Assembly (NCBI GenBank): GCA_024679065.1
Contig: JAGIQG010000004.1
Location: forward strand, 62,372,001-62,436,000
Direction: 5' to 3'
DNA length: 64,000 nucleotides
From: Sphyrna mokarran
Lineage: Eukaryota
Shown: positions 47,631 to 59,879 of the stretch, one piece after another
How the letters are laid out: each line of letters starts with the position of its first letter
Position numbering within the stretch: the first letter of the stretch is position 1
Program-made: the position numbers and the translations under genes
Notes under the pieces: model-generated
Told to the model about the DNA's origin: nothing
Seen by the model: only the letters and a program-made list of their open reading frames with translations
Databases searched by the model: none

Positions 47631-48015
47631 AATATTTGAATTCAATAATAAACAAAGTCTAACGATGACCATGTGACAGTTGTCGACAGATGGAAATCCG
47701 TCACTCTTTCCTGGTTTGCAAGTGACTATAGACCCAGGCAACGTGGCTGACTTGTAAATGCTCACTGAAATGGCCTGATAACATTCAGTTGAAGGGCAGT
47801 GAGGAGCCAACAGCCTTCACATTTCTGCAACGAATGGGAACTGCTGATTGCTAACGAAAGCTTGACTATACTTGTCCGGGTGAATGTTTGAGAATGATGG
47901 TTAGGAGTTACTGAAGTGTGAGTGTATTAAGAATGAAAATGGTAAAACAAAAAGTACAAATTATAGCATAAACACAAAATAGGGGAATGAATATGTGGAG
48001 CAGCTGTACTAATTA

Positions 48016-51000
48016 GTCGTCACTAGGAGGCTGCCGGTAGTTGTAGTTTTCTGGCTATATAAGTACTAACCTCTGGGTATCGGCCTCATTGTTCCCTTGG
48101 AGCAGCACGGAGAGGCAGCGATTTGGGAAAGCGTGAAGTTCGTGTGTTAAGTACTTTTTTAACTTTTCTCTTTGTTTAAAATAGCGAGCGGGGGTAGTTT
48201 TTTTTTGCCGTTTTTATTTAAACTAACAAGAAACCGGAAGTCGTCACTCGGAGGCTGCCGGTAGTTGTAGTTTTTTCTCTGTCTCTATAAATTGGTCCAG
48301 AGAGGAAACCCGATACTCTACACAGGTAGAGTATCCCACCCTCCCCCTTCCTCTAACCTAATAATATAAGTGTGTGGGAAGTTTTTTTTTTCTCTCTCCT
48401 TAAAGTAAATTAAAGTATCAGGGATGGCAGTGCAGGCAGTCCGTTGCAAGTCCTGTAGTATGTATGAGGTGAGGGATGCCAGTAGTGTTCATGCTGATTA
48501 TACCTGCAGGAAGTGTGCCCATTTGCAGCTCCTTGAGGATCGTGTTAAGGAGCTGGAGCTGGAATTAGAGGAACTCAGGATAATCCGAGAGGTTGAGGAG
48601 GATATTGGCTGGAGTGACAAAGAGATAGTCACTCCTAAAAATGATTCGTGGGTAACTGTTAGGAGGAGGGGTAAGAAGCAATCGGGTAGACAATCCCCTG
48701 GGGCTGTTCCCCTCCGAAACAAATTTTCTGTCTTGGATGCTACAATTGAGGAAGAATCAACTGGAGAGGACAAAGGGAGCAGGTTTCTGGGGGTGAGCCT
48801 GCTGAGAATGCTCAGGTGGGTAGGGAAAACAAGAGATTGGGCCTAGTAATTGGAGACTCCATAGTTAGAGGGACAGATAGGAGAGTAAGTAGTAATAAAC
48901 GGGACTCAGGGCTGGTGTGTTGCCTCCCAGGGGCTGGAGTCCAGGATGTCACAGATAGGGTTTTTAGGATTCTTAAGGGAGAGGGGAGTCAACCCCAAGT
49001 CATAGTTCATGTAGGGACACATGATATAGGTAGGAAAAGGGAAGGGGATATTAAACAGAACTTTATGGAGTTGGGGTGGAAGCTTAGGGCCAAAACTGGC
49101 AGAGTGGTTATCTCTGGACTCTTGCCTGTGCCAAGGGATAGTTTGGAGAAGAATAGAGAGAGGGAATGTTTGAACTCGTGGCTACGGGAATGGTGCAGGA
49201 GGGAGGGGTTCAGGTTCCTGAACAATTGGGACTCATTCTGGGATAGGTGGGACCTCTACAAGAGAGATGGTCTACACCTGAACCAGAGGGGAACTAATAT
49301 CTTGGGGGGGAAATTTGCTAAGGCTATGCAGGGGGCTTTAAACTGATTCGGGGGGGGGTGGGATCCTGAATAGTTGGGGTGCTAAGAGGGATGAGAGTAA
49401 GGGGGTCATAGAGGAAAGCCGTAAAACACAGCAGCATACGGGTGGGGTAGGGCATGGTTTGAAAGGCGTATACTTTAATGCAAGGAGTATTCGCAATAAG
49501 GGGGAGGAACTTGCAGCTTGGACCAGTACCTGGAACTTCGATGTTGTGGCCATTTCAGAGACTTGGGTAGAGCAGGGACAAGAATGGATGTTGCAGGTTC
49601 CGGGGTTCAAATGCTTTAGTCGGAGTAGAGAAGGAGGTAGAAGGGGGGGAGGAGTGGCATTATTAGTCAAAGACTGTATCACAGTGACAGAGAAGAAGTT
49701 TGATGAGGACTTGTCTGTTGAGGTAGTATGGCTGAGATTAGAAACAGGAAAGGAGAGGTCACCCTGTTGGGAGTCTTTTATAGACCTCCTAAAAGTTCTA
49801 GAGAGGTTGAGGAAAGGATTGCAAAGTCAATTCTGGTCAGGAGTGTAAGTAATAGGGTAATTGTTATGGGGGACGTTAACTTTACTAATATTGATTGGAA
49901 TAGCTATAGCTCTAGCTCGTTAGAGGGGTCAGTTTTCGTACAAAGTGTGCAGGAGGGTTTTTTTGACTCAGTATGTAGATAGGCCAACTAGAGGTGAGGC
50001 TACATTGGATTTGGTGCTGGGCAATGAGCCAGACCAGGTGTTAGGCTTGGAAGTTGGGGAACATTTTGGTGATAGTGACCACAATTCGGTTACGTTCACC
50101 TTAGTGATGGACAGGGATAGGCATGAAGCTGGGGGCAGTAGTTATAGCTGGGGGAAGGGTAATTAGGAGGCCATCAGGAGAGAATTAGGGTGCATAGATT
50201 GGACTAGGAAACTACAGGGACTGGGAACATCTGGAATGTGGTGCTTATTCAAGGAGCAGCTGCTGCGTGTCCTTGATAAGTATGTCCCTGTCAGGCAGGG
50301 AGGAAATGGACGAGTAAGAGAGCCTTGGTGTACGAAAAAAGTTGATTTGCTGGTTAAGAAGAAAAAGGAGGCTTATGTCAGGATGAGGCTTGAAGGCTCA
50401 GTTAGTGCAATGGATAGCTATAGATTAGCCAGGAGGGAGCTAAAGGGGGAATTGAGGAGAGCAAAGAGAGGACATGAGAAGACTTTGGCTGATAGGATTA
50501 GGGAGAATCCCAAAGCTTTCTTTAGATATTTTAAGAATAGAAGATTGGTTAGGGCAAGATTAGGGCCAGTCATAGACAGCAGTGGGAAGTTGTGCGTGGA
50601 GCCTGAAGAGATTGGAGAGGTACTGAATAAATATTTCTCTTCGGTATTCACGCAGGGTGATGTAAATGTAGTTATGGAAAACACTGAGGTACAGGGTAGC
50701 AAACTGGAAAGTATCGAAGTAGATAGGGAGGATGTGCTAGATATTCTCGAGGGTTTGAAGTTGGCTAAGTCCCCTGGGCCGGACGGGATTTACCCTAGGA
50801 TTCTCTGGGAGGCAAGAGAGGAGATTGCAGAGCCTCTGGCTCTGATCGTCAGGTCGTCGTTGGTTACGGGTGTGGTTCCGGAGGACTGGAGGATAGCAAA
50901 TGTGGTCCCGTTGTTCAAGAAGGGGAAGAGAGACCTTCCAGGGAATTATAGGCCAGTGAGTCTTACTTCTGTTGTGGGCAAAGTATTGGAGAGAATTATT

Positions 51001-52314
51001 AGGGATAGGATTATAGTTATTTAGAGAGAAATGAATTGATTGGGGATAGTCAGCATGGTTTTGTGAAGGGTAGGTCGTGCCTTACTAACTCATTGAGTTT
51101 TTTGAAAAAGTGACCAAAGAGGTGGATGGGGGTAAGGCGGTTGATGTGGTATATATGGACTTTAGTAAGGCGTTTGATAAGGTGGCCAATGGAAGACTTC
51201 TGCAGAAAATGCAGATGTATGGGATAGAGGGTGATTTAGCTAATTGGGTTAGGAATTGGCTAGCAGGTAGAAGACAGAGGGTGGTGGTTTATGGGAGATA
51301 TTCATCTTGGAGTTCGGTGACAAGTGGTGTACCTCAGGGGTCTGTTTTGGGGCCCCTGCTGTTTGTAATTTTTATAAATGATCTGGATGAGGTATTGAAG
51401 GATGGATCAGTAAATTTGCAGATGACACTAAAGTCGGTGGAGTGGTAGATAGTGAAGAGGGGTGTTATAGTTTGCAGAGGGACTTGGACAAGTTGCAGAG
51501 CTGGGCCGAGAGGTGGCAAATGGAGTTTAATGTGGAAAAGTGTGAGCTAATGCACTATGGCAGAAATAATAAATGTGTAGAGTATAGGGCAAATGGTAGG
51601 ATTCTTAGTAGTCTAGATGAACAGAGGGATCTTGGTGTGTATGTGCATAGATCCCTGAAAGTAGGCAGTCAAGTCAAGAAGGTTGTTAAGAAGGCATACG
51701 GAGTCTTGGCTTTTATTGGTAGGGGGATTGGATTTCGGAGCCGCAACGTCATGTTGCAACTGTACAAAACTCTAGTGCGGCCGCACTTGGAGTATTGTGT
51801 GCAGTTCTGGTCCCCACATTATAAGAAAGATGTGGAGTCATTGGAGAGGGTACAGAGGAGGTTTACCAGGATGTTGCCTGGTATGGAGGGCAGGTCCTAT
51901 GAAGAGAGGTTGAAGGATTTGAGGTTATTTTCGTTAGAAAGGAGGCGGCTAAGAGGGGATCTTATTGAAGCATATAAGATGATTAGAGGTTTAGATAGGG
52001 TGGACAGTGCTAGCCTTTTTCCTAGGATGGAGAAAGCTAGCACGAGGGGACACAGCTTTAAATTAAGGGGTTATAGTTATAGGACGGATATCAGAGGCAG
52101 GTTCTTTACCCAAAGGGTGGTTCGGGAGTGGAATGCCCTGCCTTCAGTGGTTGTAGATGCGCCAAGTTTGGTGGCGTTTAAGAGGTTAGTTGATAAGTAT
52201 ATGGCAGAGAAAGGAATGGTTTAGTTTGGAGGGGCATTGCTTTTTATATTGGTTGGCGCAACATCGAAGGCCGAAGGGCCTGTTCTGTGCTGTAATGTTC
52301 TATGTTCTATGTTC
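48016..52314 (+). mobile_element. Full-length CR1 family B LINE: 5'UTR, ORF1 (Zn finger, coiled coil, SGNH esterase), ORF2 (APE-RT); inactivated by frameshifts and stops
   Basis: ORF1 48424-49346 (CKSC...CRKC, LELELEELR, GDSIVRG, HVGTHD, DGLHLN; frameshift near 48780); ORF2 pieces 49459-52224; TAATTA direct repeat at 48010-48015 and 52315-52320. Confidence 0.95.
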
Positions 52315-52399
52315 TAATTAATGATATATGTTTAGTGTTACTAAAACGAGTAATCAGCACATTCACAAGAACACAAAATGTAAAGGGAAACCATTTAAA

Positions 52400-54940
52400 A
52401 AAACATAGAAATTAGAATCAGGAGTAGGTCATTCGGCCCTTCGAGTCTGTTTCGCTATTCATGTTGATCATAGCTGATAATCGATTTAAGTATCACTTGA
52501 TCCCTTTAGCCCCAAGAGCTCTATTTAATTTCTTCTTGAAATAAGACAACGTTTCCGTCTCAACTACTTTCTGTGATAATGAATTCTATACACTCCACAC
52601 CTCGAGGTGAAGAAATTTCTTCTGATCTCAGTTCTAAAAGGTTTGCTCCTTATTCTCATATGACTCCTAGTTCTGGATCCCCCACCGTTGGGTACATTCA
52701 TTCTGTATCTACTCTGTCTAACCATGCTCGAATTTTTAATGATTCAATGTATTCTCCTCTCGCTCTTCTAAACTCCAGTAAATAAAATCGTAGCACCTTA
52801 CTCTCCCCTCAAGTAACAGACTTGCCAATCCAGGAATCAGTCTGGTAAACCTTTTCTGTACTCCATCTATTGCCAACCATTTTCAGGGAACGGCATCAAA
52901 ACAGCTCACAATACTCCAGATGTGGCTTCACCAACGTCCTATAAAATTGCAACAAAACATATTTATCCCTATACTCAAATCCTTTCGCTATGAATTAACT
53001 GTCCAACAAAATTTGCCCTCTTTAATGCCTGCTGTACCTGCTTCTTTTCAGTGACTGATGCATGAGGACACCAAGCCTTGCTGTGTATCCAGCTGTCCAG
53101 TTTATACTCTTTCAAGTAATAATTTGTCTTCCTGTTATTGCTGCCAAAGTGGATAACCTCATATATATTTACATTACACATATGCCCATTCACTCATCCT
53201 ATTCAAATTACACTGAAACATCACTGCATCCACCTCACAGCTCACTCTCCCACTCAACTTTGTTTTATTTTCAAATTTGGAGACAATACATTCAGTTTCC
53301 CTTCCAAATCATTAATATATAATGTTAACTTTTGGGACCTGAGCATAGTTGCCTGCAGAAACCCACTAGTTACTGACAGCCAATCATTAAAGGCCCATTT
53401 ATGTCAACTCTTTGCTTCCTATGTACTAACTAGCTTTCTATTTATCTCACGTCATTACCTGCAATCCCATGTGCTTTAACTTTATGTGGTAGTCTGTTAT
53501 GTGAGACCTTGTTAAGTACCTTCTGAAAGTCTAAATAAGCCAGATCCACTGTCTCCTTTTGGCCAGTTCTACAGGTTGCATCCTCATAGAATTTCAATAG
53601 ATTCATCAAGCATGAATTCCTTTCTGCAAATTTATGCTGATTTCGTTTGATTATACCACTCACTGCCTTCCAAATGCTAAGTTATGAAATCTTTGATAAT
53701 GATCTCCAACAATTTCCCAGTACAGTCATTAGGCTCATTAGTCTATTGTCCCTTGCTTTCTTTCTGGCTCCCTTTTTGAATTCTGGTCTTATACATTAGC
53801 TACCTACAAATCTGTAGAAAAGAGTTCAGAGTCCAAAGATTTTGAAAAATAACCACAAATGGATCTGCTATTTCCAGAGTGATGTCCTTAAGTATTCTGG
53901 AATGAAAATTATCAGAATCTAGAGATTTATCCACATAGAACCTCACCAATTTCCCCAAAATTATTTCTGCACGAATGCTGATTTCTTTTAGTGCCTCACT
54001 AAAAGTTGCTTTTCACAGAAATTTTGTTACATTATTCATACCTTATGAATGAAGGTATGAAGATATGAAGACTGAAACTAAGTACGAATTTAAACGCTTG
54101 ACGATTTCTTCATTCCCACTTATGAATTCTCCCGTTTTTGTCTATGAGGTGCTTAGTTTTTTTTGTCAATCTTTTTCACATTGCATTTCTATAGAAATTT
54201 TAAAGTCAATTTTTATGTTCCCCGATAGCTTAATTTCATACTATATTTTTTCCCATTCTAATAAATCCCTTGTTCCTCATTTGTTCATTTTAAATTGATT
54301 CCAGTCCTCAGACTTTAGTACTTTTTCTTTACAATGTGTATGCTTCTTCTTTGAATCTGGTACTATTTCTAATTTCTCTTGTAAACCATAGTTTGGCAAC
54401 AATTTTCTTACTACTCTTGCACCAAACAGGAACAAACGATTTCTGACTTCAACTGTTCATTCTATATATACCTGCCATTGCCTATCCACTGTCTTTCCTT
54501 CCAATAATGTTTCTCAGTCTATCATGGCCAGTTATACTGTCATAGTTACCTTTACTGAGCTTTAGGCCCTTGGTCTCAAAACCAACTACTTGACTAACCA
54601 CAAAGAATTACTATTGGCAAAGAATTCTAATTTCTGATGGTCACTCGTTCTCAACAGTTCTCTCAAATTAGACTGCCACCTAAACCCTTCTCATGACATA
54701 CCATCAAGTCCAAAATAACCTGGTCCCTTTTTGATTCTATTGCTAAAGAATGTCATTCCTAATACATTCCAGAAATTCCTCCTCAATTGGACTATGATGA
54801 ATTTAAGTTCTCCAACTTATATGCAGATTAGTCACAGATGATCCTTTAACACATGCATCTCTAATTTCCTGTCTAATGCTTTTCCCAACATTACCATTCT
54901 AGTTTGGTTGTCTATATACAGCCCTCCACCAATTTATACT
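52400..54940 (-). mobile_element. Old CR1, heavily degraded
   Basis: YLDFQKVLNKVSH and VIHFGSNN remnants; tail at 52400-52450. Confidence 0.8.
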
Positions 54941-55769
54941 GCAGGAAGTGAAAGTGCTGATTTGTTGTCAATGGTCTCTGATTGATAGCGGCGTTGCCTG
55001 GGATAAGAAAAATCTTCAGCAGTTTACTGCAATTATGAAAGTAACTGGTGCATTTTGCAATGTACATCATTTTCTGCTGCATTGTACATTAATCTGCCAA
55101 AGAAAGGTACACAGTAATGGGAGGTGACATGGACAAGTCAAGAGAAAAACTACAACACTATACAGCAGTGGTCATAATATATGAAGTTGTAACTCAGACT
55201 TTTATGAACACAAACAGCTCAACTATCAAAATGATGAATTATAAAAACAGCCTGTTTGTAGTAAGTGATAGTAGAACTATTGAAAATAAACTGGCGAGGG
55301 ATGCTAAATGCATAGAGCAAAAATAAGCAGAATTTAAAGCAGTGATCTATGGAATACAGGTTAAATCTATATCTTTTTTTATTGTACAAATCGCCGAATA
55401 CATTACGTATTATTGAAGGAGGTGTAGTGGGATTGTAACAGCGTGCTAACCTCATAATTTCCACTACATGCCACCTTTGCTTTGACAATAAGGTCTCATT
55501 CTATTCTATTCCCGCTAAACACCACAACAGCATTATATATTTAATTTATTAGTTGCAAATGGTCAGCTTCCCACAATGATATAAAAGTCACAATTTATTT
55601 TATTTTCCTTCTTTTTAAATCGCATTTTTTTTATTGAAACATTTATGTTAACCCAATTGTAATCATTCACGTCTCCACAGAAAATAAGTTTGCTGTTGAA
55701 GATATTAAATGTTTTGAACGTGTCTTGGGGAAAAATATGGATAATTTGGCCTGGACTTTCAAAATCTTA

Positions 55770-56030
55770 CTAACTGTCCTGGCTTGAGACAATTTACACC
55801 CCTTTAACCTGTGATTATCAACCTTCATTCGCATTGCCTGCACCTATGATGGCTTGATTACTCGAGTGTCCGTCTATATATGTTGTGTTTTTGAACCCAA
55901 CTCCACTTACCTGATGAAGAAGCAGTGTTCCAAAAGGTCACACTACCCAACAAACCTGTTGAACTTTAACCTGGTGCTGTGGGACTTCTTTCTGTGCTCA
56001 GCCCAGACCAACGCCAGCACCTCCACATCA
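55770..56030 (+). mobile_element. Penelope-like terminal repeat with decayed hammerhead core
   Basis: cctgatgaagaagcagtgttccaaaagg followed by caaacctgttgaactttaacctggtg, shared with 4121-4190. Confidence 0.72.
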
Positions 56031-56056
56031 TTTTAACCATGTGGTATTAGGTTACA

Positions 56057-56533
56057 GAGAACAAACAAAGAACTAAGAACAATGCAGCACAGGAAATAGG
56101 CCCTTCGGCCCTACAAGCTGGCACCACCCATTTTAACACTCAGTGAGTGCCTCATTCAAATCCTTCATCTTCCTGCAACGATTGTGTACGTCTCAGGGGC
56201 TCCACAATAAAGGGGTGCAAATTTAAAGAATTATATGTGCGCCAGATTAAGGGAGCTCCAATTTTAGGGAGGTTTTTGGGGTGTGGGAGGAAACCAGACC
56301 ACCTGGAGAAAACCCACGCAAGCACTGGCAGATGTGCAAACTCCTACAGACACGGAATTTAGCCGGAGATCCGACACAAGTCCCTGTAACTGCACAGCAA
56401 ACAGTGATAGCCATTAAGCTGTCGTGTTGACCGTCAATTGGTCCAGTTTAAGCGTACACTAATGACGTGAAGCACTAAGCAACTCTTGAAGCAACATCCA
56501 AGAGCAGCCCTCACATGACCCACCGCGTGTATG
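56057..56533 (-). mobile_element. 3'UTR fragment of the family-A-related CR1 (SINE-containing)
   Basis: Collinear with 38108-38562. Confidence 0.85.
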
Positions 56534-56534
56534 C

Positions 56535-57131
56535 GGTGAGGTTAGGAAAGAGTTAATGGACCTTTGTTTACAAAAGAAAAAAACCCTTGAGATTTTTGAT
56601 TGAAGGAATGGAAGGAGAGGTTACGTATACATGGCCATGTATTAATGAGGTTATTGGAAAATGCTAGGTGTTTAGAAGAGACAAAAGAAGCTTTCAATTC
56701 AATTTCAGGCTGGAATGTTTAAAGACAGAAGTCTGCAAACTGCTCTGAAAATCAAAACCTCTTGGAAAAAGTCAAGGCTTTTACCCCAATTTATGGCAGG
56801 TGTGCCTTGGGCTGCGAACTCTATTTGAAGTATTTTTTGAGTCCATAAGAAGAAAGTTGATTATTTGGAGCTGAAAGAGATAAGGTAGAATTTAGAGGTC
56901 TTTCTTTCATGCTTTATTATTAAAGCAGGTACTAATTAAGCCACTAATTTTATCAAAGTTATACTTAAATTATGTTATGAAATAAAATCATTTACAACAC
57001 AAATTCTGAAATTGTCAGTGAAATTACTGCCGTGGTGAAGCATCCTATCCTTAATTTATGCCAAATCATATATATAAAAAGGGTTGTTATATATTCTGGA
57101 TTCCTAAAGTAACTGCTCCAGGGTCCTAACA
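56535..57131 (+). mobile_element. Possible LTR fragment
   Basis: AATAAA near 56980, a gtgaagcatc block resembling 16157-16166 and a CCTAACA end; no TSD found. Confidence 0.35.
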
Positions 57132-57157
57132 ACAATAACATAATGGAAAAATCACTA

Positions 57158-59700
57158 GATTTGATTTGATTTGATTTATAATTGTTACATATATCAACAT
57201 ACAATAAAAAATATTGTTTCTTTCACACTATACTGGTAAACATGCCGTTCATAGAGAAAGAAACAAAAGAGTGCAGAATGCAATGTGACAGTCATAGCTA
57301 GGGTATACAGAAAGATCAACTTAATGCAAGGTAAGTTCATTCAGACGTCTGACAGCAGCAGGAAAGAAGCTGTTCTTGAGTTGATTGGTACAGGACCTTA
57401 GACTTTTGTATCTTTATCTTGATGGAAGAAGTTGGAAGAGAGAATGTCCAGGGTGCACGGAGTCCTTAATTATGCTGGCTGCTTTGCCGAACCAGTGGCA
57501 AGTGTAGACAGAGTCAATGGATAGAAGGCTGGTTTGCTTGATGGATTGGAATAATGTCATTCCTTGTGGTCCTGGGCAGAACATGAGGCATACCAAACTG
57601 TGATGCATAGAAAGAATGCTTTCTATGGTGCAGCTATAAAAGTTGGTGAAAGTTGTAGCTGGCATGCTAAATTTCCTTTTTCTTCTGAGAAAGTAGAGAC
57701 GTTAGTGGGCTTTCTTAACTATAGTGTTGGCATGGGGTGGGGTGGGTGGAGTGGTTGGTGGGGGGGGGGTACCAGGACAGATTGTTGGTGATCTGTACAC
57801 CTGAAAAACTTGAAGCTCTCGATCCTTCCTACTTCATCCCATTTATGTAGTCATGTTCTTCTTTATGCTCCTTTGTTTTGTTGATATTGAAGGAGAGATT
57901 ATTATTGCCACGCTAGTTCACCAGATCCGCCATCTCATTCCTGTCCTCCATCATATCATTGTTTGACGTCCGATCCATTACATTGGTGTCATCAGAAAAC
58001 TTGAAATCGAATTGGAGGAGAATTTGCTATACATTCATAGGCATATAAGAGGTATATGGACTTCAACGTGGATAAATGTGTTGTGGTTCATTTTGGCAGA
58101 TCCAACGGGATGAATGAGTACACTATCAAAGGTAGGAGTCTTAGCTGTGTGGAAGAGCAGAGGGATCTTGGGGTCCGGGTCCATAAGACTCTCAAATCGG
58201 CCTCCCAGGTGGAGGATGTGGTTAAGAAAGCTTACGGTGTACTGGCCTTCATTCATCGAGGGATTGAGTTCAGGAGTCAGGAGGTAATGCTGCAGCTTTA
58301 TAGGACCCTTGTCAGACCACACTTGGAGTACTGTGCGCAGTTCTGGTCGCCTCACTATAGGAAGGACGTGGAAGCTATTGAAAGGGTGCAGAGGAGATTT
58401 ACAAGGATGTTGCCTGGATTGGGAGGCATGCCTTATGAAGACAGGTTGAGGGAGCTGGGACTGTTCTCCCTAGAGAGACGAAGGTTGAGAGGCGACCTGA
58501 TAGAGGTTTACAAGATGTTGAGAGGAATAGATAGGGTGGACTCTCAGAGACTATTTCCCAGGGCTGAAATGGTCGTGACAAGAGGGCACAGATTTAAGGT
58601 GCAGGGAAGCAAGTACAGAGGGGATGCTAGGGGAAAGTTGTTCACTCAGAGGGTCGTGAGTGAATGGAATCGGCTGCCGTTGGTGGTGGTCGAGGCGAAC
58701 TCGCTGGGGTCTTTTAAATGACTTCTGGATGAGTATATGGGATCCAATGGGATTGGGGGTTATAGATAGGTTTATGGCTGGGTAGGTTTTGATGTGTTCG
58801 GCGCAACTTGTGGGCCGAAGGGCCTGTTTGTGCTGTAGTGTTCTATGTTCTATGTTCTATAGTAGGGGTCTGAGAACACAGCCTTGTGGGACACCAGTGT
58901 TCAGGATGTTTTGGAGGAGATGTTGCTCCCTATCCTCACTAATTGTGATCTGTGTGTTAGGAAGTTCAGGATCCAGTCACAGAGGGAGATGCTGAGACCC
59001 AGGGCATGGAGTTTGGAGGAGAATATCGTGGAAATAATAGTGTTGAAGATTGAACTATAATCAATGAAGCCCGAAGTAGGTGTCCTTGTTTTCTGAGTGT
59101 TCCGGGTTGAATGCAGGACTCAACTCCGTTGAGTGGTAGGCAAACTGTAGTGAATCCAGTATTTCAGGAGGATGGAATTGATTCGTGCCGTGACTAGCCT
59201 TTTGAAACACTTTATAATGATGGATGGCAGATCCACTGGTCAATAGTCATTAAAGCACGCTCCTTGATTTTCTTAGGTACAGGGATGATGGTCGTCTTCT
59301 TGAAGCAGACACGGATCTCAGATTGTTGTAAAGAGAGGTCGAAGATACCTGTGAATAATGCTGCCAACTGATTCACGCAGGATCTGACTGCTCGGCCAGG
59401 TATCAGTCGCTTTCCATGGGTTGACGTTTCAGAAGACTGCTCTGACACCTGCAATAGTGGCCCCAGATAGAGGTTCATCCCGGGCTTTCAGGGTAGAGGA
59501 TATTCTCTGGCTGACCTCTTGCTCAAGATAGATATAGAATGCATTGAGCTCATCAGGGAGCCGGAGATTTTATATACCTTTATCTTGTAGCCTGTTACGT
59601 CTTGCTGACATTGCCATAGTTGGCGGGCATCGATGTGGCTAGGCTCTAGCTTGGTCCGGTGCAGTCTTTTAGTATATTTGATTGACCTTCTTAGATCGTT
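57158..59700 (-). mobile_element. Rex1/Babar-type element, interrupted by CR1 at ~58035-58860
   Basis: FKKTTIIPVPKK, LDSLQFAY and FYSCTIESIL motifs; (AAATC)n tail at 57158-57177. Confidence 0.85.
58035..58860 (+). mobile_element. CR1 family C 3' fragment
   Basis: ORF 58056-58721 and (GTTCTAT)n tail. Confidence 0.94.
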
Positions 59701-59879
59701 TCTGGATGCATAATTATACAGACACCAGCTGCAGCAATATTAGTACTGACCGTCGGCAGCATATTTCAAGTATAGGCAGCACTCCAGTTTCAGAAACGAA
59801 TTAACCATCCTTTGGAGAGAACTAAAAATCCGTTTTGCTTGAATAAATGTTTACTAACCTTTTCCCGTATTATCCATCA

